DNA from: a virus
Taxonomy: Duplodnaviria > Caudoviricetes
DNA length: 55,694 nucleotides
Virus record (IMG/VR): IMGVR_UViG_3300044711_000046
Span: 1 to 55,694 of that record
Direction: 5' to 3' (one strand)
Position numbers and translations under genes: made by a program. Within the stretch, counting starts at the first letter, position 1, and every line of letters starts with the position of its first letter. This document shows positions 46,059 to 55,258 of this stretch, piece after piece. The notes beneath the pieces were generated by a model. It saw only the letters and a program-made list of their open reading frames with translations. It was not told where the DNA came from and searched no databases.

Positions 46059-46951
46059 GCACTAGTCGTCGCCGTATAGGATTTGACGCGCCAGCCATCC
46101 AGATATGCGCGACGGTCCGGGGTACGCCAACTCAAGCCCTTGTTTGTGCACTTGATATCCGTCTTGCTCTTGCTCGCCCATGGAATGGCCAGATGCAATC
46201 TCCGCGGCCCTGATCTCGATCTTCACCTCCATCGGTTCGTCGTTGCTCGGACCCAGACTCAGTCGCTCCTTGCAGTCGACGCAGTGACGCGCGAAAGCTA
46301 CCGGTGGTCGGCTAGAATCCTTGCCATAACTCCATGTGAACTCAGACTGCATGTGTTTGCAATTACTCATCCTCCACGATCCTTCGTTGCAGCTTCGCGA
46401 CCCGCCAGGCGTAGTCGTCGATGGACTCACCTAACTCGCGATAAGGGACTCTCCTAGAGCCGCACCATCTGACAAGGCGGGCGACGAATTCCGGGTCCGT
46501 CTCCATCCGCTTGAAGCCGTGACGGATAGGATGGTTCACCGGTGTACCTTATCCAGGTTCCGGGCCAAGTCCGCCATCGCTGCCTCATCGATCTTGTGCG
46601 TAGAGGTCCGGCTCACGACCGGCTCACATAGGTCCGAAACGTCGACATCGTACTCCCATACGAGACCCATCTCGTTGCCGTCGGTGCCATCGCTCCATCG
46701 TTTGATCGGGATGAGTGGATGGCTCATGGCTACCAGTACTTCAGCATGAAGTGAAAGACGATATAGACCGGTAGAACGGCCAGCGATGCTACGCAGAGAA
46801 TTGCGATCAGATACGCCAGTCCTGCGAAAACATTGAAAACACCGCTAGCTACCTTGTTGCCTTTAGATCTCAGATCCACGTTGCACCTTCTTTCGTCCTC
46901 TCCAATACGCCAGCGTCGAGCACGCTGCGCAGATACAGAGCCACAGCAGGG

Positions 46952-47107
46952 TTAGTCGATACATGGAATCACCTCCAGAACGTCAACCTTGAGCTTGGCG
47001 TTAGCTCGCATGGTCGCGTACGCCGTGAATCGAATGTACTTGCTGCTCCACGGACAACGCCACATGTCGAGCAACGCCAGGGTCAGGGTGTACTTGTTGC
47101 GGTCCAT
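46952..47107 (-). CDS. Hypothetical protein (51 aa)
   Basis: Read manually: MDRNKYTLTL... behind the promoter at 47142. Confidence 0.5.
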   Translation of the reverse strand: MDRNKYTLTLALLDMWRCPWSSKYIRFTAYATMRANAKLKVDVLEVIPCID

Positions 47108-47113
47108 GCAGCT

Positions 47114-47142
47114 AACCTAGTACTACTGGACAGCCTTGTCAA
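47114..47142 (-). promoter_or_regulatory. Promoter plus operator
   Basis: TTGACA AGGC TGTCCA; 17-bp spacer; TAGGTT. Confidence 0.75.
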
Positions 47143-47378
47143 GTATCTCCTGCGCACTCCTAAGAATGATCTGATCTTCCGGCGACATATATCCGCCGAT
47201 TTTATTGATAAGCTTGAGCAGTGAAGAGATAGTCAACTCTAATGGTTTGTCGTCATGGACCGTACCGTTCCTAAGAGCATTCTGTACCTCACACTTTAGA
47301 CAATCCGAGCTGCAATCACCTGGACCGCCCATTCCGCCGGGACCATGCTTGGTACGGTTCTCGATACTCTTATAGAAT

Positions 47379-47702
47379 TTAATCATATTCTGCCTTTAGC
47401 TTCTGCAACAGTTCGTTTGCATCCAGCGCACACCGGACAATCCGGTACACGCCACCCTGACGAATCACCAATGCTTCCCATCGCTTCTGCGCATCCGACT
47501 GCCGACCCGTCTTGGTCTTGAACTCAACCCCGACGAACCGGCCACCCTTGTAAAGCCCCACGTAGTCGCTTGACCCATCACCCAGCCCGTACCGAACGGT
47601 TCTGGCCGAATCGAATCCTTGTGGATTCTTCCACAATACCAAGCCGGTGCCCTGGCTGCACAGGATCTGCAGCATCACCGGTACGAGTTGCTGTTCGAGC
47701 AC
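47379..47702 (-). CDS. VRR-NUC nuclease
   Basis: GSSDYVG...VEFKTKTGRQSDAQKRW...GGVY. Confidence 0.85.
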   Translation of the reverse strand: MLEQQLVPVMLQILCSQGTGLVLWKNPQGFDSARTVRYGLGDGSSDYVGLYKGGRFVGVEFKTKTGRQSDAQKRWEALVIRQGGVYRIVRCALDANELLQKLKAEYD

Positions 47703-47775
47703 CTTGCCAAGGCAGGCGGTACAGCTGCCGCCGTCCTGGGTCCAGCGGCGTTGCTCCTCACTACAGATGCAGCTG

Positions 47776-47973
47776 CTAGACAAGGCGCCATCCTCCGTAC
47801 GGGCTGCGCAGCGGTCCATCCCGACGCACCCTGCCATCCGCATGCAGCTTGCGGAGGTGGCGCTCTACGGTACGTCGGCTCTCGTCGTAGCCACAGCTCA
47901 GAATTCTCTCGTACAGGTGGCCGACCTGATGCGAGTAATTCTTTCGTAGTAGCCCAAGGATCACTTCAGACAC
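47776..47973 (-). CDS. Winged-helix protein B
   Basis: RRTVERHLRKLHADGRVRRDG...GGWRLV. Confidence 0.65.
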   Translation of the reverse strand: MSEVILGLLRKNYSHQVGHLYERILSCGYDESRRTVERHLRKLHADGRVRRDGPLRSPYGGWRLV

Positions 47974-48175
47974 GTAGCCATCCTCCGTTCTGGTCGCCTA
48001 GCTTGCCGTGTCGCTTGACGATTCCTTCTGCAGCCATCCTTGCGAGATACCTGCAGATGGTTCTCTCGGTCACGTAGTAGATCACCGTACGAATCTCGCG
48101 TACCGGCGTGACGGTCTCGCGCTCTAGCATCTTCAGGATCTTGGCCTGGAGTTTCAGGTCTATGGAACTACTCAT
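47966..48175 (-). CDS. Winged-helix protein A
   Basis: ERTICRYLARMAAEGIVKRHG...GGWLRV. Confidence 0.65.
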   Translation of the reverse strand: MSSSIDLKLQAKILKMLERETVTPVREIRTVIYYVTERTICRYLARMAAEGIVKRHGKLGDQNGGWLRV

Positions 48176-49258
48176 TTAAATCCTCATGGGCATGATCACC
48201 CCAAGATACCCGTCATTGGACTCGACCAGGAACGGATCGAGCTCGCCACCAAGCGAGCACCGAATGCTGTCCGATGGGCAAGCCTGCAGCCATTCGGCCA
48301 GGTACTGATGCTTGAATCCGATCTCCATTTCCGGGCTAGAGTAACTTGCCTCAATCTCGTCGCTGACCTGGCCCATGTCGGCGTTGACCACGGAAATCTC
48401 GACCGTATCCTTGGTCAGCCGCATCTTGACCGGGATCGTCTCCTTGGTCATCAGACTGGCCCGCTTGAGCGCCCCAAGGAGCGCCAGCCGGTCGACCACA
48501 AGGATCTTGCCGTCTCGACTTGGTATCACCTGATCGATCGGCGGATAAACGCCATCGATCAGCTTGACGCTAACCGTCACGCCGTCCTGCTGCACGTGGA
48601 GATAGCCTGCAGCCACGGCAAGCTTGCATCCTGGACCTTGGCCGGCCAGCGCCAAGACAGCCTTTGCTCCATCGGTCGGCAGGATCACCGGTGAGGTCTT
48701 GATGCCAGGCGCCAGCATCGACATCCGCGTGCATCGGTGTCCATCGGTTGACGTCATCGTGAGCCGCGTCGTATTGCTGGTGATCAGAACGCCGCACATC
48801 TGGTACCGGTTCGTATCCCGGCTGCAGGCGTAGACCGTCCGCTCTATCAGGGTGGCCAGCACCTCGCTCTCGATACTGACCCAGTCCGCCTTGCTGGTGT
48901 CTGGCATCTTCGGAAAATCGCGACCAGGCAGCGCTGCGAGCTTGTACTTGGCCTTGCCGCTCTTGACGTCGGCGAAGCCATTCGGCGTGGTGGTTAGGCT
49001 GATCTCTTCGCCCGGTGCGTTGGCGACCAGGTCATGCAGGTTACCGGCGTTGACCGCCATGTCGCCAGTATCAACCACGCTGGCGATCAATTCAGCCGTT
49101 ACGCTGACGCAGAGGTCGGTGGCGCAGACCAGCAGGCGACCCTGCACCGTGCGCAGCAAAACATGCTGCAGCATCGGAATCGTGCTCTTGGTGGACGCGA
49201 CGCCCTTGGCCAGCTTGAGCGCGCGCAGGAGGTCGAGGCGGGGTACGGAAAGTTTCAT
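48176..49258 (-). CDS. dnaN: DNA polymerase III beta sliding clamp
   Basis: TIPMLQHVLL, ATDL, DFPKMP, STDGHR, LIDGVYP, IGFK, VIMPMRI. Confidence 0.95.
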   Translation of the reverse strand: MKLSVPRLDLLRALKLAKGVASTKSTIPMLQHVLLRTVQGRLLVCATDLCVSVTAELIASVVDTGDMAVNAGNLHDLVANAPGEEISLTTTPNGFADVKSGKAKYKLAALPGRDFPKMPDTSKADWVSIESEVLATLIERTVYACSRDTNRYQMCGVLITSNTTRLTMTSTDGHRCTRMSMLAPGIKTSPVILPTDGAKAVLALAGQGPGCKLAVAAGYLHVQQDGVTVSVKLIDGVYPPIDQVIPSRDGKILVVDRLALLGALKRASLMTKETIPVKMRLTKDTVEISVVNADMGQVSDEIEASYSSPEMEIGFKHQYLAEWLQACPSDSIRCSLGGELDPFLVESNDGYLGVIMPMRI

Positions 49259-49479
49259 CGCATACTCCAAGTACTATGGACCGAGGCCTCGTCCAGCGCG
49301 ATGCTGAGTCTCTCAGTCGCCAGCTCCTTGTTGGCATGCAGGCTACGCTCGGTACCGCACACCACGGCAAGACCTGACGGCTTGTGGATGGCGCAGACCG
49401 AGGTATCCGTTCGGCTCACCTGCTGCCCGCCACGCGGATCGAGTACCGCGTAGATGTAAAGGATGTCCTCGGGGTTCAT
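49255..49479 (-). CDS. Stand-alone GGQ release-factor (RF-1) domain
   Basis: GGQQVSRTDTSVCAIHKPSGLAVVCGTERSLHANKELA aligns with class I release-factor domain 3. Confidence 0.85.
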   Translation of the reverse strand: MNPEDILYIYAVLDPRGGQQVSRTDTSVCAIHKPSGLAVVCGTERSLHANKELATERLSIALDEASVHSTWSMR

Positions 49480-49482
49480 GGC

Positions 49483-50094
49483 TTAGTACGCCTTTCCGTT
49501 GGCGGCAGCCCTGGCCTCCGGTTTGTGATCGGCTCGCGTGGCGTTGTAAGCCATCTTCTCGGCGATGGCGCCTCCGAGGTCCAGCCCGAGCGCACCGGCA
49601 AGGTCCGCGATGCGGATAATCGCATCGGCAAGCTCAACCTCGATCATCGGACGATGCGGAAGATGGTCATCCATCAGGCTCTTGCGATGCCCCTCCATCG
49701 CCTCACTGATCTCGCTATGGATCAGGCATAGCTTCGTCGGCACAACGCCGGCATCAGTGACGTTTACGCCATTCCACCATCCAGCGCTGGAACTTGCCCC
49801 GTGGCATGCGTTCTGTAAGAGGGTGCCAGCTGTCGCTATTCCGGTCGCATCCAAACCATCGATCCCGAAATGTTTCCTGACCGCGAATTCGTATTCCTTG
49901 GTCTCCAGTCTAAGCTCGCATTCGTTCTCCATGAGAACATAGCTTCCATATGGAATCATGAGAACCCGATGGGCCTCGACGAATGCATGCTTGGCATCGG
50001 ACGCGTTTGCAAACGTAATCTTTGGCCAGCCGACCGATGCGTCTGCCCAGCTGCCAGCGTATTGTAGTGAAGGATCGTTTGGATCTATAGGCAT
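49483..50094 (-). CDS. MazG-like NTP pyrophosphohydrolase with N-terminal extension
   Basis: LIHSEISEAMEGHRK...VELADAIIRIADLAG...EKMAYN. Confidence 0.8.
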   Translation of the reverse strand: MPIDPNDPSLQYAGSWADASVGWPKITFANASDAKHAFVEAHRVLMIPYGSYVLMENECELRLETKEYEFAVRKHFGIDGLDATGIATAGTLLQNACHGASSSAGWWNGVNVTDAGVVPTKLCLIHSEISEAMEGHRKSLMDDHLPHRPMIEVELADAIIRIADLAGALGLDLGGAIAEKMAYNATRADHKPEARAAANGKAY

Positions 50095-50599
50095 TTCAGT
50101 TATTCCCCGTCGCGCGAAAGATGTTTCCGTGCCAGCTGATCAGCTCGGCCATGTAGCCCTCCGCCGCATAGCTGGCGCCGTTGGCGGTAGAGGTCCGCCA
50201 CAACGCGTACATGAGGCACAGGGTGGTGGATTTCTTCACTTGCTCCTCTTAGTTGGAGAGATTGGATTGCTCAACGCCAGCCACGAATCGAATGGAGCGG
50301 CGCATGAAACAACTCTCGCGCCGGTCAGCTTGGTCTCTTTAGTCTTCCGGTTGCGGCTGAAAATAGTTGTGGTCCGCTCGGACTTCCTGGGCATATCCAT
50401 GAACATGTAGCCGTGTTCAACCTGCAGTTGAAGCAGCAACTTAGCTTCGGCCTTCTTTGCCTTGTCTGTTTTCACTATTTCTTCTCCCCGTAGTCGTTTG
50501 GCTCGTGGACCTCGGACGGATACGCGTTGAGGTTCGCACCGGCCACAAGGACTGCCCAGATTCCGAAGGCCATGAGGCCGAGGATGGTAGCAAGAGCGG

Positions 50600-50917
50600 T
50601 CACAGGCTCACCTTGGCGAGCGCGGCGATGAGCTTGAGCGCGTGATCTGTGCTGATAGGTACCGCTTCGTCGACGGCATTATCTCTCCATGCCAGCGCAA
50701 CCTCAACGATCTCGATCAGGACGTCGGCTGCGTTGTGGGTGGCGATGATGCCTGCCGCGTCAGCCACGGGGTTCGATGACTCTCGGAGATCTGCCACCGG
50801 GTTCTCGGATGGCATCGCCAGGATCTGATCCTCTGGGCCGTCGTACATGCTGCCGAGAACAAACTCACCGTCGCTCATCTTCTGTCGTGCGGCCTTCAGC
50901 TCGCTGAGTTTGATCAC
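50600..50917 (-). CDS. Hypothetical protein (MIKLS pair, B)
   Basis: MIKLSELK...DVLIEIVE...VSL. Confidence 0.6.
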   Translation of the reverse strand: MIKLSELKAARQKMSDGEFVLGSMYDGPEDQILAMPSENPVADLRESSNPVADAAGIIATHNAADVLIEIVEVALAWRDNAVDEAVPISTDHALKLIAALAKVSL

Positions 50918-51177
50918 AGGCTCACCATCTTTGCAGCGGCATCGAACCGCTTCTCCGCCGCTTCTAGATCGCAGTACTTGGCTTCCTGGTCAGCAACCAG
51001 CTGGCGCTCCACTGACGGAGGAGTCGTCGAGTTAGACTCTTCGACCAGAACGGATGCAGCAACCGCCGCAGCGAAGGCTTGCTCCTTGAGGAGATACGCT
51101 TCGACGAATTCGATCAATGTATCTACCCAGTTATATGTAGTTACCGTTCCGTTCTTCAGATCACTCAGCTTGATCAT
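50914..51177 (-). CDS. Hypothetical protein (MIKLS pair, A)
   Basis: MIKLSDLK...DTLIEFVE...VSL. Confidence 0.6.
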   Translation of the reverse strand: MIKLSDLKNGTVTTYNWVDTLIEFVEAYLLKEQAFAAAVAASVLVEESNSTTPPSVERQLVADQEAKYCDLEAAEKRFDAAAKMVSL

Positions 51178-51710
51178 TTCTTCTTACCTTTCTCGTTACC
51201 TGGGGGTTTCGCTAGGCTTGGTTTCCAACATTCCTTGCAAAGGCTCCACTCCTTGCCGCGATGTACCAGCACGACGGCAAGCCAGATCGGTTTGTCGCAA
51301 CTCGAGCACGTACTCACTTCGCCTTGGCCTTGCGGATACGCGGCTTCTTAGACGCAACGAAGAATTGAACCGGTTGGTCATCGTTCATGGCATCGGAGAA
51401 CTCCTGCAGGTCGTCGATTCTATTCTGAATCATGATCTTGCGGTCGACCTCAGAGAGCGACGGCCATGGTCCAGAGATGAGATGCTCGAGAGGAATCATC
51501 AGTTCACGCTCCCATCTTCCTTGTCAGCGAGACGCCATTCGATTTCGTGGTTGTGCATCAGACCTTCATCGATTCGCTTGTTGGTTCTGGAGATATCCCC
51601 GGCCGAGATCCTGGATCCATCCTCTCGTCCGTGTCGGTAACTACGCTTGCCGTGCCACACGACGATCGCGATCCACATGAGGCAGATGAGTAGCCATCCA
51701 ATGATTTCCA

Positions 51711-51926
51711 TCACCCAGGCCCCGTAGTGCTAGCGGAGGTTCGCAGTTGCGCGACGCAGTCTTCCCATGAAGTCCCGTTCGCCATCAGCAGAGATCCCGA
51801 CGGCGTAGATACACTGATCTCGAATCGCTTGATGATGTTTTTGCGTCTAATGGTGACGAAGACGTCTCTTCCGAGAATACGATCAGCGTGAGACTTCGCA
51901 TCCCATCGATTCATTTTGATTGCCAT
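51711..51926 (-). CDS. Hypothetical protein
   Basis: MAIKMNRWDAK... behind the operator at 51962. Confidence 0.55.
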   Translation of the reverse strand: MAIKMNRWDAKSHADRILGRDVFVTIRRKNIIKRFEISVSTPSGSLLMANGTSWEDCVAQLRTSASTTGPG

Positions 51927-51933
51927 AAGTAAC

Positions 51934-51962
51934 ATCCTTGCACCAATGGACGGTGTTGTCAA
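51934..51962 (-). promoter_or_regulatory. Promoter plus operator
   Basis: TTGACA ACAC CGTCCA; weak -10. Confidence 0.65.
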
Positions 51963-53293
51963 GTGCGGCAATAGCGATGCGACGCGTGGCCGCTTCCGAC
52001 GGTCCATAAGATCTCGTCACCGATTGCGATGACGCCTCGGCAACTGTCACACCAGCCACGCCTTTTGCTGATGATTGCCTTGACCATGACGCGCTGAGAC
52101 TTGGGCGCCATCGGTCCGTTGACCTTGACCAAGTCCATACCGAGAGCTTGCGGCGGCGCGAACGGCTCAGCTGGCACCTCGCAGCCGTTGGGGCAAGGTC
52201 TACCGACGGCACGGATGCAGCCGCAGACCTTGCACTGCCTGATCTTATCCTTGACGACGCCAGCGGAGATCGCTTTGCCGTCGAGGCTGTAGGTCCGGTC
52301 CCAGTCGGGTGACCCATGGTCCCAGCAGTTTCCGACGAGATCGATGATGATGGCCTTGGTCTTGCCTGGAGATGGACGCAGCACGCGTCCGCAACATTGA
52401 AGCCATAGACCGGGATGTCCGAACCCGCGAGCCATGATGGCCACGGTGACACCCGGATCGTCGTACCCCTCGGTGAGTACCCCGATCGAGGTGAGCACGC
52501 GGAGCTCGCCGCACCGGTGCCGCCGCAGGGTATCTCGGCGTAACCCTGCTGCCATGGAGCCGTCGATGACAGCTGCGGCCATCCCCGCGTCATTGAACTC
52601 CGCTGCGGTCATCGTAGCGTGCGCACGAGACACGCAGAACACGATGGCGCGCTCGCCCTCGCCATGGCGCTGGTACGCCGCCACCGGGTCCAGGGCTACC
52701 TGGGTCGGGTCCAGCTTTTCTCCGCCGGCCGGCGGGTAGACGTGAGGCTGCACGAGATGCCCGAGGTCAATCAGCTCGCGCACCGATGGACCGGCTACCA
52801 GGGATTCGAATAGGTCACCCAGCGGCTTGCCATCGGCACGCTCGGGGGTTGCGGTCAGGCCGAGCTTGTGTGCATGCGGATAGCGCTCGAGGAATCTGAA
52901 CCAGGTTTTTGCGGATCCGTGATGTGATTCGTCGCAGATCAGGAGGTCAGCCGGAGGAAGTCTGCTTGCCCATCGTTCGGTCTTGACGGTGTCGATGCTT
53001 GCCACGCAAACATCTGCATCGGCCGGACCTTCGTCGCGCTTGCCCTGGATCACGCGGATGCCGTCGATGCCTGCCTCACGTAATTTCTTGACGGTCTGCT
53101 CTACGAGTTCGATGCGTCCAGCGACAAAGAGCGATTTCCGTCCGCGATCTCTAGCGGCATCGATCACCCATGCGGCACATACCGTTTTACCCGACCCCGT
53201 CGGCAACACAGCGAGAACACTACGTTTTCCGGCTGCGTACTGAGCGCGCACGGCTTCGATCAGCGCATGCTGATATGGACGCGGAGAGAGCAC
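51959..53293 (-). CDS. Superfamily 2 helicase with C-terminal Cys motifs
   Basis: RPYQ, LPTGSGKT, DESHH, LTATPER, QCCGRVLR. Confidence 0.92.
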   Translation of the reverse strand: MLSPRPYQHALIEAVRAQYAAGKRSVLAVLPTGSGKTVCAAWVIDAARDRGRKSLFVAGRIELVEQTVKKLREAGIDGIRVIQGKRDEGPADADVCVASIDTVKTERWASRLPPADLLICDESHHGSAKTWFRFLERYPHAHKLGLTATPERADGKPLGDLFESLVAGPSVRELIDLGHLVQPHVYPPAGGEKLDPTQVALDPVAAYQRHGEGERAIVFCVSRAHATMTAAEFNDAGMAAAVIDGSMAAGLRRDTLRRHRCGELRVLTSIGVLTEGYDDPGVTVAIMARGFGHPGLWLQCCGRVLRPSPGKTKAIIIDLVGNCWDHGSPDWDRTYSLDGKAISAGVVKDKIRQCKVCGCIRAVGRPCPNGCEVPAEPFAPPQALGMDLVKVNGPMAPKSQRVMVKAIISKRRGWCDSCRGVIAIGDEILWTVGSGHASHRYCRT

Positions 53294-53295
53294 GA

Positions 53296-53847
53296 CTAGC
53301 CCTTGCGACGCGGTACGCCAAGAGCGGCACCAGTGATCTTGACCTTGTCGCAGTCGACATCCTCCAGATCGCGCCACCACACGATGCCCTCGATCTTATG
53401 GATCTTGAAGTACTCGATCAGTTCGGCATGGGTACGTGGCGCATCGAGCAGAATATCGGCCCCATGGCGGATGAGTCTGTGCTCGGTCAGACCTTCGGCG
53501 TTGCCGCCGATTCTTGGGCCGCACGCCTCGTAGGTTCCGTCCTGCCAGGTCAGATCACCGGCGGCCGCCCGGATCCATTTATCCTCTGGACGCTGGGCAG
53601 GCACCCACCCTGGATGATGGCAGGTGATCGGATCCGGATCCTGGCATGGCTGGAATCCGGGCGGGGTAGGTTTTCCTGCCTTGGCATCGTAGCGCGCCCA
53701 TAGCGCGCCCTGCTGCCAGCGAACGGCGGTTCCGTCCCATTTGCGAGTTGCAACACCTTCTCCTTGGACGACCCATAGCGCGGCCGGGTTGTAGTCGGTG
53801 GTAAGAATCGATCCGTCTCGAGCGAACAATGATGGAATCTTGCGCAT
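53296..53847 (-). CDS. ATP-dependent RNA ligase-like protein (DUF5565/Rlig1-like)
   Basis: MRKIPSLF, ATRKWDGT (KxDG), GTYEACGP, IEGIVW, KVK. Confidence 0.75.
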   Translation of the reverse strand: MRKIPSLFARDGSILTTDYNPAALWVVQGEGVATRKWDGTAVRWQQGALWARYDAKAGKPTPPGFQPCQDPDPITCHHPGWVPAQRPEDKWIRAAAGDLTWQDGTYEACGPRIGGNAEGLTEHRLIRHGADILLDAPRTHAELIEYFKIHKIEGIVWWRDLEDVDCDKVKITGAALGVPRRKG

Positions 53848-53848
53848 C

Positions 53849-54088
53849 TTAACCCTTCCTCTCAGTCTTCCAGACCCAGGCGTCCACGGGTACCTCACCA
53901 CCGGTGACCTTCGCCGCCTTTGGTCTCAGATACTCGGGCATCCGTCGCTTACCGCGCTCGATCTTGCTGTACGTTTCGGGGGCCAGGCCAAGCTTGGCCG
54001 CAACGTCTCGGCACAAGTACTGATTGGTCTCGCGCCATTTTACCAAGGCCTTGCGGCCCGGTAGGTTGATCCATGGGGGGTCTTGCAT
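53849..54088 (-). CDS. XRE/Cro-family HTH regulator
   Basis: DVAAKLGLAPETYSKIERGKRRMP...TGGEVPVDAW. Confidence 0.8.
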   Translation of the reverse strand: MQDPPWINLPGRKALVKWRETNQYLCRDVAAKLGLAPETYSKIERGKRRMPEYLRPKAAKVTGGEVPVDAWVWKTERKG

Positions 54089-54109
54089 GTTTTGCCAGGC
54101 TAACACTGC

Positions 54110-54138
54110 TTGACTTGGTTGTCCAGTGATGGCAGGTT
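54110..54138 (+). promoter_or_regulatory. Promoter plus operator, divergent from the HTH gene
   Basis: TTGACT TGGT TGTCCA; 17-bp spacer; CAGGTT; ATG at 54146. Confidence 0.65.
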
Positions 54139-54145
54139 GCGGTCC

Positions 54146-54343
54146 ATGGACATCGAAGATAAATTGTTCGCGGCATTCGTTGCAGTCCTCATCGCTGCAC
54201 TGGTCGGTCTTGTCGTGGTCATGTTTTGGTGCATAGCTCGCGATCAAGGCGCAAAATTCTCATGTCGCGATCGAGGTGGATACGTTAAGGATGAAGGTAA
54301 CTCGTGGCGATGCTCCATGTCGATGCCAGAAAAGACTCCTTGA
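54146..54343 (+). CDS. Small single-TM protein
   Basis: LFAAFVAVLIAALVGLVVVMFW, then CRDRGG...C. Confidence 0.6.
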   Translation: MDIEDKLFAAFVAVLIAALVGLVVVMFWCIARDQGAKFSCRDRGGYVKDEGNSWRCSMSMPEKTP

Positions 54344-54368
54344 CAACTCCGTCCATCTAGCGCATCTT
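54340..54368 (+). promoter_or_regulatory. Promoter plus operator
   Basis: TTGACAACTCCGTCCAT, identical to the 20188 copy; -10 CATCTT. Confidence 0.75.
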
Positions 54369-54377
54369 CACTTTCAG

Positions 54378-54608
54378 ATGACGGAAGCAGAAATCAACGC
54401 GCGACTCGAAGCGGCCAGGCGAGATAACGACGTCGCCATGGTGGCGCGCTGTCGCTCGGCGCTCGAAGGCAACGTCCAACAACTGATCGACGCCATGGAG
54501 ATCGAGCGCATCATGGGTCGCAGCCCGACCGTTCCGGTCAACTGGACGGATTCGGACATCTATTTCGATCCGGAAACCAAGCAGTCTTTTCATAAGGAAG
54601 AAAAGTGA
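54378..54608 (+). CDS. Hypothetical protein, similar to 3010-3228
   Basis: NDVAMVARCRSALEG. Confidence 0.6.
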   Translation: MTEAEINARLEAARRDNDVAMVARCRSALEGNVQQLIDAMEIERIMGRSPTVPVNWTDSDIYFDPETKQSFHKEEK

Positions 54609-55258
54609 CCACAATACAAATCAAGCATCGCCGTACCGATGGCATCCTGTATTCCTGTGAGGTTGAGGATTCGGATCTATTTCCGATTCGTACTGCCATC
54701 AGGGACGCCTACCTCAGGGATGCCGACCTCAGGGGCGCCAACCTCAGGAGCGCCGACCTCAGGAGCGCCGACCTCAGGAGCGCCAACCTCAGGAGCGCCG
54801 ACCTCAGGAGCGCCGACCTCAGGAGCGCCAACCTCAGGAGCGCCGACCTCAGGGATGCCGACCTCAGGGGCGCCAACCTCAGGAGCGCCTACCTCAGGAG
54901 CGCCGACCTCAGGGATGCCGTTGGCGTTATCATGGGAGCGCCAGTCGTCCCGAATCTGGACGCGCGTATCCTCGCGGCGATCGGAGAAATGGCTCCACTA
55001 AGCGAACCGCCGCCGTCCCATGTCGGAGGGTCGCTGGACATGGGATCGTGGCATAGCTGCGAAACTACACACTGCCGTGCCGGATGGGCAATCACTCTGG
55101 CGGGTGAGGCAGGACGAGAACTCGAAGCAAAGCATGGCCCGCAGCTCGCAGGCGGACTGATCTACTTGGCGTCTACTGGTCGGATTCCGAATTTCTTCGC
55201 GACCGATGAGGAAGCGATCGAAGACATGAAGCAACAGGCAGCAAAGGACATCAAATGA
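54605..55258 (+). CDS. Pentapeptide-repeat protein with His/Cys C-terminal domain
   Basis: 14 RxA[DNY]L repeats; WHSCETTHCRAGWA. Confidence 0.9.
   Translation: MTTIQIKHRRTDGILYSCEVEDSDLFPIRTAIRDAYLRDADLRGANLRSADLRSADLRSANLRSADLRSADLRSANLRSADLRDADLRGANLRSAYLRSADLRDAVGVIMGAPVVPNLDARILAAIGEMAPLSEPPPSHVGGSLDMGSWHSCETTHCRAGWAITLAGEAGRELEAKHGPQLAGGLIYLASTGRIPNFFATDEEAIEDMKQQAAKDIK
54701..54919 (+). repeat. 15-bp tandem repeat, about 14.5 copies
   Basis: Consensus AGGAGCGCCGACCTC. Confidence 0.95.

Noticed and set aside
49255-49479. Release-factor domain as evidence for stop-codon recoding
   Set aside because: TAA, TAG and TGA all end genes normally; no split core genes and no suppressor tRNA seen.
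54701-54919. Tandem repeat as CRISPR or DGR element
   Set aside because: No spacers, purely coding, and no reverse transcriptase in the genome.
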